Notes: generated from the letters alone by a model not told the origin. Shown: positions 1 through 13,454, counted from the first letter of the stretch. The stretch: DNA of 64,000 nt from Macrostomum hystrix (GCA_950097015.1 CATNEN010000003.1:12524001-12588000), one strand, 5' to 3'. A program made the numbers and translations.

Positions 1-1752
1 TAGACTGGCTCATTTGGAGCAAGATTTAGACAAAGCCTTTTGTCTTCCAACTGACCAACAGATAGAGGTGTGGCATCGTCAACATGCAATAGCAAGCCGC
101 GAGAAGACAGCCACAGGCGCTCAACAAAACCGCCCCACAGGCCGGATCGTTTGGCTCCGGTTAGTTCAGCGAAATCATTGCTAACATAGGCCTGATTAGG
201 CATTGACTGGCCGTTGATTGGCCAACGCTGATCAAAGGCGGCGCCGCCGCCGTAAATATAGCCGCTAATTGGCAGTTCCAAGCATAGGCCGGCGGCGGCG
301 TCCTTTGATGTTGACGCGATTAAAACGCGATAGCATGTCACAGACGGATCGGGCTGAGGTAGCCGCGTCACCTTCAGGCTACCGGCGCTACCCCAAGTAA
401 TTATCACGTCCTGATGATTTTCACCAGACTGCACTGCAGACTTCTTTAAAGTTAAGAAATTTATTTTTTGTTAGACATAGTCACACGTGAATGGAATCAG
501 ATGAAAAGGAACGCGTTGTGATCTTGGGAACGTGTGTTGTCCTCGAGAGTGTGTAATGTCCATGAGAATGTGTAATGTTACTGAGAATGTTTAATGTCTA
601 TGAGAATGTGTAATGTTACTGAGAATGTTTAATGTCTATGAGAATGTGTAATGTTACTGAGAATGTTTAATGTCCATGAGAATGTGTAATGTCCATGAGA
701 ATGTGTAATGTCTATGGGAATGTTTAATGTTCCTAAATATGTTTCATGTTTCTGAGAATGTGTAACGTTCCTGAGAAAGTTTAATGTTCCTGAGAATTTT
801 AATGTTCCTGAGAATGTGTAATGTCTATGAGAATGTGTAATGTCTATGAGAATGTGTAATGTTCCTGAGAATGTTTAATGTCTATGAGAATGTTTAATGT
901 TCCTGATAATGTGTAATGTCCATGAGAATGTGTAATGTCTATGGGAATTTTTAATGTTCCTGAATATGTTTAATGTTTCTGAGAATGTGTAATGCTCCTG
1001 AAAACGGGTAATGTTCTTAAGAATGTGTAATGTTCTTGAGAATGTGTAATGTCTATGGGAATGTTTTATGTCCATGAGAATTTGTAATGTCCATGAGAAT
1101 GTTTTATGTCCATGAGAATGTGTAATGTCCATGAGAATGTTTTATGTCCATGAGAATGTTTTATGTCCATGAGAATATGTAATGTCGCTTAGAATGGCAA
1201 AGGCAAAAAGGCTTGATGTCCTTGAGAATGTGGCATGCTCTAGGCAATGTGCGATTACAACTCAGTCTGCATCTGAGATAAACATATAATATACTGAGAT
1301 AATTGATTAATTGACTATGGCTAAAATTAATTGTCAGTATAAGTATTTTGTGTTTCAAAATGTGTCAACTTGATTGTTTCTTTTAGATTTACAATTGCAT
1401 CCGTGATACCCAAATTAACCTGTACAGCTGTCAACTTCTCTCCGCTCCAAAGCAGACTAAATTCGGCTATCAATCCGGATTTCGTGCCATCAAATTTTAT
1501 TTCGTTGTCCAAAACTTTTTGACTAAATAGCAAGCGATTGTTCTCAAATGTCACAGTCATTGCTGTTTTATTCGGCATCTGCCTATGACCAAATGGAAAG
1601 TATAACGACAGCAGAGTGTAAAATGCTACGCTTAGAAGCAACACGACAATTGCTGTCCGCTGGCCAAAGAATTGATTGACATGTCGCTGGTCACTTGGTG
1701 ATGATGAAGACGCCGTTGCCATTGGAGTGAAGTGTCTGGAATGACACGTCAT
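1..1752 (-). CDS. MYORG: Myogenesis-regulating glycosidase-like (GH31, KIAA1161/NET37 type), type II membrane protein; 5' part only, continues beyond window start
   Basis: Exon 1 1752-1420 (ATG at 1752 or the downstream MATASS Met; TM segment AIVVLLLSVAFYTLLSLYF; donor CAG|GTTAAT). Exon 2 443-1 after TTTAAAG| translates without stops: ...CLELPISGYIYGGGAAFDQRWPINGQSMPNQAYVSNDF...LWGGFVERLWLSSRGLLLHVDDATPLSVG..., matching the MYORG N-terminal pattern (WYGG..Q.WP...F.T.D...FGG..ERYWLSS....V....P). Exon 2 is missing from the ORF track. Confidence 0.85.
530..1180. repeat. ~19-bp minisatellite (TGAGAATGTGTAATGTCYA) in MYORG intron 1
   Basis: TGAGAATG recurs at 601, 620, 639 etc.; about 30 degenerate units. 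Confidence 0.9.
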
Positions 1753-2174
1753 TCAGTTCAATCTAAAATCTAAAATAAAGTCAGTTTACTAAAATTCTTC
1801 TGTGACTTCAAAATGAATTAATTCGATGAAAAGCTAACTTTTTTTCAAAGTTAACCACGAAACGAGCAACATTTAGTTCTAGCAAAGTTTGAAACAAAAT
1901 GAAGATCTTGAAAATTGACTTTTTATTTAACTATAAATAATTACCTGTTGCTATTTTACACGCACAAAAAATCAGGCCGAAAGTAAAATATAATCACTAG
2001 CTACAGAAATGAATGCAAAGTTCTATTTAAGATACGACTTCACGTGATTAGAGCCATTCTCATAAGACAATGCGACCATAAAATCTATTCTTTAGAGTTA
2101 ATAAAGCACCTTTTACGCTTTTACGTCCCTTAACACTGCTACCCTTTTATCCCAACCGGTCTTTCCAACTACAC

Positions 2175-3325
2175 ACCTGTCTTCTACCCCTTCCCTTAAA
2201 TGTCTTCTCCCCCTACTCTGAACCTGTCTTCTTCCCTTTTACTCATGTCTTCTCCCCTACCCTAAACTTGACTTCTCCCCTATCCTCAAAACATGTCTTC
2301 TCCCCCTACCCTAAGCATGTCTTCTCCCTCTATCCTAAACCTGTCTTCTCCTTCTATCCTAAACCTGTCTTCTCCCCCTATCCTAAACCTGTCTTCTCCC
2401 CCCCCATCCTAAACCTGTCTTCTCCCCCACTATCCTAAACCTGTCTTCTCCCCCTATCCTAAACCTGTCTTCTCCCCCCCATCCTAAACCTGTCTTCTCC
2501 CCCACTATCCTAAACCTGTCTTCTCCCCCACTATCCTAAACCTGTCTTCTCCCCCCCATCCTAAACCTGTCTTCTCCCCCACTATCTTAAACCTGTCTTC
2601 TCCCCCACTATCCTAAACCTGTCTTCTCCCCCTATCCTAGACCTGTCTTCTCCCCCACTATCCTAAACCTGTCTTCTCCCCTATCCTAAACCTGTCTTCT
2701 CCCCCACTATCCTAAACCTGTCTTCTCCCCCACTATCCTAAACCTGTCTTCTCCCCTATCCTAAACCTGTCTTCTCCCCCACTATCCTAAACCTGTCTTC
2801 TCCCCCACTATCCTAAACCTGTCTTCTCCCCTATCCTAAACCTGTCTTCTCCCCTATCCTAAACCTGTCTTCTCCCCCACTATCCTAAACCTGTCTTCTC
2901 CCCCACTATCCTAAACCTGTCTTCTCCCCTATCCTAAACCTGTCTTCTCCCCCACTATCCTAAACCTGTCTTCTCCCCTATCCTAAACCTGTCTTCTCCC
3001 CCACTATCCTAAACCTGTCTTCTCCCCTATCCTAAACCTGTCTTCTCCCCCACTATCCTAAACCTGTCTTCTCCCCTATCCTAAACCTGTCTTCTCCCCC
3101 ACTATCCTAAACCTGTCTTCTCCCCCACTATCCTAAACCTGTCTTCTCCCCTATCCTAAACCTGTCTTCTCCCCCACTATCCTAAACCTGTCTTCTCCCC
3201 CACTATCCTAAACCTGTCTTCTCCCCCACTATCCTAAACCTGTCTTCTCCCCCTATCCTAGACCTGTCTTCCCCCCCACTATCCTAAACCTGTCTTCTCC
3301 CCCACTATCCTAGACCTGTCTATTC
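2175..3325. repeat. ~24-27-bp minisatellite (TATCCTAAACCTGTCTTCTCCCC[CAC]) between MRPL51 and MYORG
   Basis: Tandem units with a variable C-run, about 40 copies. Confidence 0.95.
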
Positions 3326-3411
3326 ACCTGTGTTCTGTAACAGATTTTCCTACCTAATCTCATTCTCTCAGATTAAAAGCGCCTAACACTGCATGGACAG
3401 CTGGCTGTCAA

Positions 3412-4020
3412 TCACGGCTCCTCCCTATACTTGGGAAAAATGTTATTTCTTCGCTTATTGCGATACTTCAAGCTATTATAGTTATTCAACTGGATGATGG
3501 AGCGCCTAGTTGGCATGAATTCTTTCATGTACTCGTCCTGCACCGAGAGGCGTCTCAGATTTCGCAAGAACTCGCTACCGTAGGACAGGCGCATATAATT
3601 CGAGCCGACGTAGAAATCTTTCGGCGTAACCTCCCCCTCGCCTAGAATGTCAATGTAGTCATTCTGGCCGAATAGCGCCTGCTTGGGATGCCAATCGTCT
3701 ATGGGCTGATAGGGCGGCATCACCACTGGTGTGTTTAATTTCGAATCCTTTAATCTGGGCAGCAGGCCGCCATTGTACAGGGCACGCGAGGTGCGACCGA
3801 AATCTCTTGACTCGGGCAGCAGATAGGTGTCAGCTGTGGTGGCAGGTTTGCCGGACTCCGACGAAGAATTCTTTGACACGGCTTCGTTAGCCAGACGGTC
3901 GATAAAACCCCGCCAATAGCTGACGCGATTTCGACTGAATAAACGACACTGCTGCTGCCGTTGCTGACGAATCTGACAGCAAAGGCCCTGGACGATTAGA
4001 CTAAAGATGGCTGGCATCAT
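3412..4020 (-). CDS. MRPL51: Mitochondrial ribosomal protein L51 (mL51), single coding exon
   Basis: Motif DDWHPKQALFGQNDYIDILG...G.EF.R.LR typical of invertebrate mRpL51; Arg/Gln-rich N-terminus like a mitochondrial presequence; ATG at 4020 lies 3 nt after ATTTCAG. Confidence 0.9.
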   Translation of the reverse strand: MMPAIFSLIVQGLCCQIRQQRQQQCRLFSRNRVSYWRGFIDRLANEAVSKNSSSESGKPATTADTYLLPESRDFGRTSRALYNGGLLPRLKDSKLNTPVVMPPYQPIDDWHPKQALFGQNDYIDILGEGEVTPKDFYVGSNYMRLSYGSEFLRNLRRLSVQDEYMKEFMPTRRSIIQLNNYNSLKYRNKRRNNIFPKYREEP

Positions 4021-4189
4021 GCACTGAAATACACATTTGTATGACAGGATTTTTAACCTGAATTCACAATTCAAATTTTGGCATTTTTGTTCTATCTCTC
4101 TGTGATTTCTGTTAACCGCCACTCGACCGTTCGTAAAAAAGTATTCCATTTTTTACTTCACATTTCATTCTCATTTCTGTTCTATGTGT

Positions 4190-4655
4190 CATTCTATTTT
4201 CCATTCTATCCGGAATTCTACTCTCCATCCTATTTGGCATTCTACTTTCCATTCTATCTGGATTCTACTTACCAGTCTATCTGGCATTCTACTCTTCATT
4301 CAATCTGGAATTCTACTTTCTATTCTATCTGGAATTCTACTTTCTATTCTATCTGGATTCTACTTACCAGTCTATCTGGCATTCTACTCTTCATTCAATC
4401 TGGAATTCTACTTTCTATTCTATCAGGAATTCTACTTTCTATTCTATCTGGATTCTACTTACCAGTCTATCTGGAATTCTACTCTTCATTCAATCTGGAA
4501 TTCAACTTTCTATTCTATCTGGAATTCTACCTTCTATTTCATCTGGAATTCTACTTTCTAGTCTATCTGGAATTCTACTTTCTATTCTATCTGGAATTCT
4601 ACTTTCCATTCTATTTGGAATTCTACTTTCCATTCTATATGCCATTATACTTTCT
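4190..4655. repeat. ~24-bp minisatellite (TATTCTATCTGGAATTCTACTTTC)
   Basis: Tandem units; source of the spurious ORFs 4078..4659 and 4184..4561. Confidence 0.9.
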
Positions 4656-5059
4656 ATAGCATGCAAAAGAGAATAAATTTTTTCTTTACATCAATAATAG
4701 TATTATTACTCTTTGTCCTCCTCATTTCATGCTAATCTGTTGTATTATTAAATGTCAACAATGGACAATTAAAAAAGGGATGTTTTTTAGATATTTTTCA
4801 CCGGCAAAAGCTACAGCATCGCTAGTTTATTTAAAGCATTGAAAAAACTGTTGCAACTTATTTCAGCAATGAGTTACAATCACAATGATTAAAACTGTGG
4901 TTTATAACATTTTTCTATCGCAATTCAAATGAACACCTTCTGAGAAATCAGTGATGAAACACGGGTGCATAAAAATCTACTAACTGTAACTAATCCGATG
5001 ATATTATTAGTTGCAGATGACCAACTAAAAATTTGAGTCCTACTCAAGATGAGAAAGAA

Positions 5060-5329
5060 TTAATCTTTGTCGCCAAACAGTTTCTTGTACACAGACTCCG
5101 GCAGCAGAAGTTGCTGCTTATATTTAAAATTTGAGTACCACTTCTCGCTCCAGGTCATTTTATCCCAGCTCTCTAATTCGGCCCTAGACTGGGCCGTTAG
5201 AAATCGATATCGATCCTCAGATAAAACAGTGGCTACATAAGCAGTGCCCGTTAGAAGGCCGAAGGATAATATTGGTCGCTTGATCGCGAAGACACGCGCT
5301 TCTAAGAAACACCGACGTAGGAACAGCAT
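5060..5329 (-). CDS. Small (89 aa) single-TM protein, possibly mitochondrial; family not recognised
   Basis: GC-richer island between repeats; MLFLRRCFLEARVFAIKRP (basic, presequence-like), hydrophobic ILSFGLLTGTAYVATVL, charged tail; GCCATG context; pyrimidine tract + CAG at 5351-5353. Confidence 0.65.
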   Translation of the reverse strand: MLFLRRCFLEARVFAIKRPILSFGLLTGTAYVATVLSEDRYRFLTAQSRAELESWDKMTWSEKWYSNFKYKQQLLLPESVYKKLFGDKD

Positions 5330-5449
5330 GGCTAGCAGCTGGATTGACACCTGACACGAGTGGAAATGCAAAGCCAGTACATCTTAGGTTCTTTTATAAC
5401 ACTCTTCAATTCGAATATCGTCAAATTAATCTAAAATCATGTTTCTATT

Positions 5450-5795
5450 GTCGTTTTACTAGAAATTCAAATCTGCTATTTCCTTATTAGAAATCCCAAT
5501 ATAATAATTTTCGTCCCCTAAGATCCCATTTTAATCCTTCCTACTAGAAATCCTAGTCTAATCCTTTTCCTCACAAAAGATCCCATTTTAATCCGTCATC
5601 ACAAGAAATCCAATTCTAATCCTCCTTCACTATAAATCCCATTCGGATCCTTTTGCTCACTAAAGATCCCATTTTATTCTTTCCTTATTAGAAATCCCAT
5701 TCTAACCTCTTTCCTCACCAAAGATCCCATTTTAATCCTTCCTTATTAGAAATCCCATTCTAATCCTTCCTCACTAGAAACCCCATTATTCCCTT
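5450..5795. repeat. Degenerate ~30-bp minisatellite (AAATCCCATTCTAATCCTTCCTTATTAG-like)
   Basis: ATCCCATT(T/C)TAATCC recurs about every 30 nt. Confidence 0.8.
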
Positions 5796-5817
5796 ATAAA
5801 CCAAGAACCTACAGTGG

Positions 5818-6054
5818 CTAGTTGGTAGGACTGCTGCTGCTGCTGCTGCTGACACCTTTCGCTTCGCCTTTGCTAGCCCCACCTGAGCTTCCAAATAGCG
5901 AGTCGACTTGCTCCTTAACCGCCCTATCAAAGGCTTCGATGCGTCGCTTAGAATTCGGCTGAACCAATCGTTCGTTGTGCTGCAACATATACCAGGAATA
6001 CACAGAGAGGCCGATTGAACCAACAACACCGAAATGGATCAGGGCCTGTTTCAT
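5818..6054 (-). CDS. Small (78 aa) N-terminal-TM protein; family not recognised
   Basis: MKQALIHFGVVGSIGLSVYSWYML followed by a charged helix and Ser-rich tail; GC-rich island; ATATTTCAG acceptor-like site at 6128-6136. Confidence 0.6.
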   Translation of the reverse strand: MKQALIHFGVVGSIGLSVYSWYMLQHNERLVQPNSKRRIEAFDRAVKEQVDSLFGSSGGASKGEAKGVSSSSSSSPTN

Positions 6055-7349
6055 AGGAATGTTCAGTTACCGATGCTTGTAACCCGATGGCTGGCTAGGT
6101 TGAATTTTTAATTGAAATTTGCAGCAGCTGAAATATGAAATAGATTTACAGTGATGTGCAATTTATAATTAGCAAAAATATTTATCGGGGATTTTGGAAT
6201 TTTCCGAGAAATGTTATTTTTTAGTTGGACCAGAAATTGTATCTTCAAATTTTTCTAGAAATTGGATTTTTCTTCCTTAGAGATGGAATTTTTTCACATT
6301 CCAAGAAACCGATTTCTCTTGATTTCTCGAAACAGGATTTCTTTATCTTTCGATAGATAGAACGTTTCGCTTCTTTTAAAGGGATTTTCAATCAAATCCC
6401 ACCAAAAGGACTTCCCCAACTTCCATAGAATTGGGATCTTCTAGAAAAGTTTCCTAGAAAAATATAGCGACTTTTTCAAAGAAGGGATTTTCGTGCTTTT
6501 AGAAATGGGATTATTGAATTTTCTTGGCACTGGGATTTATTATAAATATAATCATTTTTTATCAATTTCATGATTTTATCAATTTCCAGGAAACATGATT
6601 CTCCATTTTTCTAGCACTGGAAATCTCAAATTGGTATTGTCCATTGTTTTGTAGCTAATTGGGATGTTAAAATAATTTCCTACAATTTTATTATGTATCT
6701 AGAAATGAAATTCATCAATTTTAATACTATCGCCGTGATTTAAAAAAATTCCTAGATTCCAATCCTATTTTGGAGAAAGAATAGAAAATGATAAAAATCA
6801 AATAATAAAAAATGTCTAAATAATATAAACGATTATTGTATTGCATCTATTTTTGAAGTTCTTTGAATAGTTATTTTTTAAGGAAAAAAACATAAACCAC
6901 TGAAGCTCTACGACTAAAGGCAGCAAGAAGATGAAAAACTAATTTAGCTTGTACTACTATAGAATATGTGACAGTTTAGACCACAATTGATAAATGTATT
7001 GATATCGGTTACAATTCAGACGATAAGATATTGCCATTAAAAATTAAAAAAGAAATAAAAAGAAAGATATTGGAAAATTTGACACTTTAAACTTATATAG
7101 GCACATGGAAAACTAGAAATGGTAATTTGAGATCAATAATTGCTGTGCGAATAATAGGTAGCATATTGACAAGTATAGTAACAAGAAAACTAGTTTGATT
7201 GGACTTTTAGCTGTAAGGCAAGACAGAGAAAATAAGTGCAATAAAGTTTCGGCTTTAATAAAGCAAAGATTAACCGGAAAGCTTTTTATTGCCACAATAT
7301 CAATGCGGAAATTTACTTTTGTTGTATGAATGTACTTTGGTCGTGGGAG

Positions 7350-7452
7350 TTGATGATCGATATCGAATGTACACTGGGGGTAGGAGTTGATCGATAACGA
7401 ATGTACACTGGGGGTAGGAGTTGATTGATAACGAATGTACAATGGGGGTAGG
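7350..7452. repeat. Short tandem repeat, about 3 copies (GAATGTACACTGGGGGTAGGAGTTGAT...)
   Basis: Three near-identical ~34-bp units. Confidence 0.75.
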
Positions 7453-8384
7453 GATTAATTAACATTGAGAATAGACTAAGGAAGGAATCGATATTGATTT
7501 AACTAGATGGGTAATGGGTATAGAGTCGATCTATTTTTTATTAGTTTATTTTACATCATTTATTTGACAATAGAAAAGTCTTCACTCCAACGGGTGTAAA
7601 TTCAGCTTACAAAAAAAACAATGCCAGACACTAAAATCGACCCTTTCTTTGTTGACAAAAGTCAATTGAGAAAAGAGAAATATTTCGCTTCAATTCTTGT
7701 AAAGTAAGATTTAACAATTTGGCTAAACATGTAAAACTTGAGTCTTAGGACAAACAGAGGTCACCAAAGAAACAAGCTTGCCAAACAAGAAAGACAGCTC
7801 AAACACTCCGTAAATGAAAACCATATGAAGTTAGACCACATTTGGATAGTTAAACCCAATAAAAAGAAGATTCAAAATACAATTCTCAAACAACTCGACA
7901 CAAAAAGCTTGCTTGTTCAAACCAATATCGATAAAGATAGTCATTGTGTAAAATATATAAGACTATGCTAAAAGTGCAAAAGCACTTTAGCCACCTGGAA
8001 CATTGATTTATGAAGGACATTAAAAAGTTTTAAAAAGTTTGATCGAAAAACGATCCAAAGCAAAAGAAAAGTGTTCCATATTTAATGTCTGAAATTTTTT
8101 TGCATGTTTTTGAATATTTTTTATGTACACTTACCTGATAGTATGGTAAAAGCTCAGCACATACATATTGACAGTGCTCACTGGTAGTATATAGCGAAGT
8201 ACAAAGGACATCGAGGTAAAACAAAGTTTATATTTATTGCTTATTGATGAGCAATAAAAGCATGCAAAATAAGACATTAAAATTGCATTTTAATTAAATA
8301 ACCAGTCAGAGGCATAAAACCAGGCAATGATAAATGATACTTGTCTTAAAGAACTCATTTAACCTATCCCGGTGAGTTAAAGGG

Positions 8385-8735
8385 CACACTGGGAAAGGGT
8401 AAAATGGAGGGAGGTTGGTGGAGAGCTAATGTACACTGAGAAAGGGTAAAATGGAGGGAGGTTGGAGGAGAGCTAATGTACACTGGGAGAGGGTAAAATG
8501 GAGGGAGGTTGGAGGAGAGCTAATGTACACTGGGAGAGGGTAAAATAGAGGGAGTTTAGCGGAGAGCCAATGTACACTGGGGGGAGGGTGAAATGGAGGG
8601 ACGTTGGTGGAGAGACAATGTACACTAGAAGAAGCCTGAAATGGAGGGAGGTTGGCGGAGAGACAATGTACACTAGAAGAAGGCTGAAATGGAGGGAGGT
8701 TGGCGGAGAGACAATGTACTATAGGGGACCCATGA
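8385..8735. repeat. ~47-bp purine-rich minisatellite, about 7 copies, 3' of MPV17
   Basis: AAAATGGAGGGAGGTTGG...GAGAGCTAATGTACACT recurs at 8401, 8448, 8495... Confidence 0.9.
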
Positions 8736-8958
8736 GGTGGAAGAGTTTTTAAACATGTTTTTATCTCGCGAAAGCATCAAGCATACAACCAAATCATTAA
8801 TAAAACACAATATGAATCGAAAAGTAGGTATCGAATTATTGAAATCTGAATAAATCAAAGCCAATGTATAGTAAAACACAGTATTATTAGGCCTCTAAAA
8901 ATTTCTTTTGTCAGCAGGTGATCTAAAAGCTGCGTCTTTCCGTCAAGACAATTGCAGG

Positions 8959-11444
8959 TCAAGCTGGTCTGTGTGCCACCCAGGATAAGTAGGTGTTCCA
9001 AACAATGGTGACACAGTTAACTACAAACAACCTGCATAAAAATGTAGTTATAGTTTTATAATTAAATAGCTTTCCACTAATGAAGAACATATAACAAAAG
9101 AAAAAAAGAACATTACCTAAGATGATTCGGAGCAAAAGTAAAGTTTAACACTTGAACAGCCGGCCACAACTGGAAGTAAATTTATGAAAAACTTTTTTAC
9201 TGTTTTTTTCTAAATGAACCATTTCTATAGCGCCAAGTAAACACAGTAGAAAATGTAGAAACCTGACAGACTGGATATAAATACTAATAATAATGACAGA
9301 CAGAGATAAATAAATTCACGACAAACACTCAGGAGGAAAATATATTCAGTACAGAAAGACACTCAGGACAGACACTTACGACCGACACTCTGGACAAAAG
9401 GACACTCACTCAGGACCGACACTCTGGACAAAAGGACACTCACTCAGGACCGACACTCAGGACAGACACTGAGGACAGACACTCAGGACAGACACTTTGA
9501 GACAGAAAGACACTCAGGACAGACACTCAGGAAAGACACTCAGGACGGACACTTTGAGACAGAAAGACACTCAGGACAGACACTCAGGAAAGACACTCAG
9601 GACGGACACTCTGGACAAAAGGACACTCACTCAGGACCGACACTCAGGACAGACACTGAGGACAGACACTCTGGACAAAAGGACACTCACTCAGGACCGA
9701 CACTCTGGACAAAAGGACACTCACTCAGGACCGACACTCAGGACAGACACTGAGGACAGACACTCAGGACAGACACTTTGAGACAGAAAGACACTCAGGA
9801 CAGACACTCAGGAAAGACACTCAGGACGGACACTCTGGACAAAAGGACACTCACTCAGGACCGACACTCAGGACAGACACTGAGGACAGACACTCAGGAC
9901 AGACACTGAGGACAGACACTCAGGACAGACACTTTGAGACAGAAAGACACTCAGGACAGACACTCAGGAAAGACACTCAGGACGGACACTTTGAGACAGA
10001 AAGACACTCAGGACAGACACTCAGGAAAGACACTCAGGACGGACACTCTGGACAAAAGGACACTCACTCAGGACCGACACTCAGGACAGACACTGAGGAC
10101 AGACACTCAGGACAGACACTGAGGACAGACACTCAGGACAGACACTTTGAGACAGAAAGACACTCAGGACAGACACTCAGGAAAGACACTCAGGACGGAC
10201 ACTTTGAGACAGAAAGACACTCAGGACAGACACTCAGGAAAGACACTCAGGACGGACACTCTGGACAAAAGGACACTCACTCAGGACCGACACTCAGGAC
10301 AGACACTCAGGACGGACACTCAGGACAGACACTTTGAGACAGAAAGACACTCAGGACAGACACTCAGGAAAGACACTCAGGACGGACACTCTGGACAAAC
10401 AGACACTCAAGAGAGACACTTGAGGCAGAAAGATACTCATGACATATAGACAGGGCATATGGGTACAAAAGGAAAATAAAAACCTTATAATTAGTAGCCA
10501 TGATCTCAGGAAGGCTGTGCAATTGTCGAACAACTCCATCAAGGCCGCCAGTGTTGAGAATGGACACAGCGGAGACGTATAGAACTACGGAAACTGGCGC
10601 CATGAGCAGTTGATCAGCGGCTACCATTTTCAGTACACGATGGCTCTGATTGGCTAACCGGTGCGAGAGGAATGCGTACCACTTGTTCAGCATGGGACCC
10701 TGGATTGCGAATGAATCACAGTGTGATGGATGGGTCATAGCATGGATGAATGGGTCATAGTGTGGATGGACGGATCATAGTGTGGATGGATGGGTCATAG
10801 TGTGGATGGATGGATCATAGTGTGGATGGATGGGTCATAGTGTGGATGGATGGGTCATAGTGTGGATGGATGGGTCATAGTGTGGATGAATGGGTCATAG
10901 TGTGGATGAATGGGTCATAGTGTGGATGGATGGGTCATAGTGTGGATGGATGGGTCATAGTGTGGATGAATGGGTCATAGTGTGGATGAATGGGTCATAG
11001 TGTGGATGGATGGATCATAGTGTGGATGGATGGGTCATAGTGTGGATGGATGGGTCATAGTGTGGATGGATGGGTCATAGTGTGGATGGATGGATCATAG
11101 TGTGGATGGATGGGTCATAGTGTGGTTGAATGGGTCATTCTGTGGCTGGGTGGGTCATAGTGAGCCTGAATCGGTAAACATGGGCAAAGTGAGTAAGACA
11201 GAGCAGTTGAAATCGAATACAGGTATCAAAAAGGCAGCAAAAGACTTACATAGGCTAAGGTGCCTAGCAGAAAGACTTTCACAGTACGTCTAATACTCAT
11301 TCGCCTATAACTGTAGCCTTCTACGCATTGTGCAATAGTATCACCGGCACCCATTAGTACACCGGTTGTTAGGGCCGGAGCAGCCGTAGGATGAGTCCTT
11401 AGCAACCGATCGTAGCTAATCCAGACTCGCCTTAACAAAGCCAT
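8959..11444 (-). CDS. MPV17: Mpv17/PMP22 family protein (Mpv17-like), 178 aa, 4 exons
   Basis: Exons 11444-11250, 10699-10484, 9169-9117, 9031-8959, all GT-AG, total 537 nt in frame. Motifs: LTTGVLMGAGDTIAQ, RRT, GP...WY.[52 protein letters not shown]. Confidence 0.93.
9330..10440. repeat. Complex minisatellite built on GACACTCAGGACA, with higher-order blocks, MPV17 intron 2
   Basis: Repeated blocks starting TTTGAGACAGAAAGACACTCAGG at about 9496, 9553, 9777, 9933, 10146. Confidence 0.92.
10722..11165. repeat. 20-bp minisatellite (GTGTGGATGGATGGGTCATA), MPV17 intron 1
   Basis: About 22 units in exact 20-nt register. Confidence 0.95.
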
Positions 11445-12056
11445 ATGTGTCTGTTATTTTATGCGAAAAAACAATCTATGGACGGCGAAACTCCACTGAA
11501 AAGAAAAAAAACACATTACACTCTACTAACAGTAGGAATAAGCGAATCGCTGACGGTAAAATTGTTTTGAAGCCTTATGTTGTCTAAAAAAGATTACAAA
11601 ATGAATTTTAAAAAGATGAATGACAGATGACACTAGCAGAGATCACATCTTATCCCTTATACCGATATTAGGCTAGGCCACATCACATTTCTCTGAGCAA
11701 ATGGAACAGACAGGGGCCAGCATAATTCAACTATCTCACAATTGTACCTGAACCTGTTTATGTAATAAGTCCTTAGTTTAATTATTGAAACAATATAAGG
11801 TTCAGTGGGTACAGATAGAAAGTGACGCATTAAATAAAAATCTTACTAAATTTAAACTTAAGTTTCGCTTATTAAAAGTTTGCAAGCTATGCAAGGACTA
11901 AAGTCCATTCTTTAGTTGTCATCATGCCTAAAAATAGAAGCATTAAAAAGTAAGACATTAAAACTTGACAATTAGAATTCTTCTTCGGACACACCTACGC
12001 ATTCACCCCCTGCTGTAATCATATTTGGTGCAAAGAAATATTTGTATAATTCAACG

Positions 12057-12775
12057 TTTGAGTCGTTAAATAATAGTTTGGGTCGATGGAGAAGCGTTTG
12101 AGTCGATGGAGAAGCGTTTGAGTCTATGGAGAAGCATTTGAGTCGATGGAGAAGCATTTGAGTCGATGGAGAAGCATTTGAGTCGATGGACAAGCATTTG
12201 AGTCGACGGAGAAGCATTTGAGTCGACGGAGAAGCATTTGAGTCGATGGAGAAGCATTTGAGTCGATGGAGAAGCGTTTGAGTCTATGGAGAAGCATTTG
12301 AGTCGATGGAGAAGCATTTGAGTCGATGGAGAAGCATTTGAGTCGATGGACAAGCATTTGAGTCGACGGAGAAGCATTTGAGTCGACGGAGAAGCATTTG
12401 AGTCGATGGAGAAGCATTTGAGTCGATGGAGAAGCATTTGAGTCGATGGAGAAGCATTTGAGTCGATGGAGAAGCATTTGAGTCGATGGAGAAGCATTTG
12501 AGTCGACGGAGAAGCGTTTGAGTCGATGGAGAAGCGTTTGAGTCTATGGAGAAGCATTTGAGTCGACGGAGAAGCATTTGAGTCGATGGAGAAGCATTTG
12601 AGTCGATGGAGAAGCATTTGAGTCGATGGACAAGCATTTGAGTCGACGGAGAAGCATTTGAGTCGACGGAGAAGCATTTGAGTCGATGGAGAAGCATTTG
12701 AGTCGTTAGAAAAGTGTTTTAGTTGTCAGTAAAGCATTTGAGTCCTTTGAGAAGCGTTTGAGTAGTTAGATAAGC
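12057..12775. repeat. 20-bp minisatellite (TTTGAGTCGATGGAGAAGCA)
   Basis: About 33 units in exact register; source of ORFs 11972-12697. Confidence 0.95.
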
Positions 12776-13454
12776 TTGTCAGGATATTGTCTTATAGTAT
12801 TTTGTCTATAGTTTAGATTTAGTTTAGTTAGAGATTCTATTCTTTAATAAATAAATAAATAAATAAATAAACAAACAAGTCTACAATTGCTTTGTTCATA
12901 AAAATGAAATAATGAAAATGACGTATTCTAGCGAACTAAAATTAGTTTCAAAACAGACTCCAGAAGAGTATGCATTTTATAGTTCTCACATTCTTTCTCA
13001 CATCGTTTCGCATAGCAATTTGCAATACAATTATTGCGCAGTTTCATCTAGAGCTAATGGATTTCGTATAGCACTATATATTTTTCTAGAATTGCACTCA
13101 AAATTGTTCCCAACAATGTAGGCGTGAAGGAAAATGATAAAACAGACTGTATGGTTTTCAAATAATTGTAAACAGTAAGCAAGGTTAGAAAGAAAATAGC
13201 GTTAAGGGCACACACAACACTGTGTAGATGTTGAATATTCACTGTTAGTAAGCATGTTGCACTTCAATTTATAACTGACAAATTAATAAAATCAAAAGAT
13301 TAATCTGACAGCAGAAAGTTTGCATAATATAAATAGTCAATTGTTTAACAGCATGGGTTAGGCAAGGACTAAAACAAGTGTCATGAGGTCCCCACTAATG
13401 CAACCATTGAATTTACTTTCTTCTCATCGCGGTCTCCCGCATTTTAATCACTCT

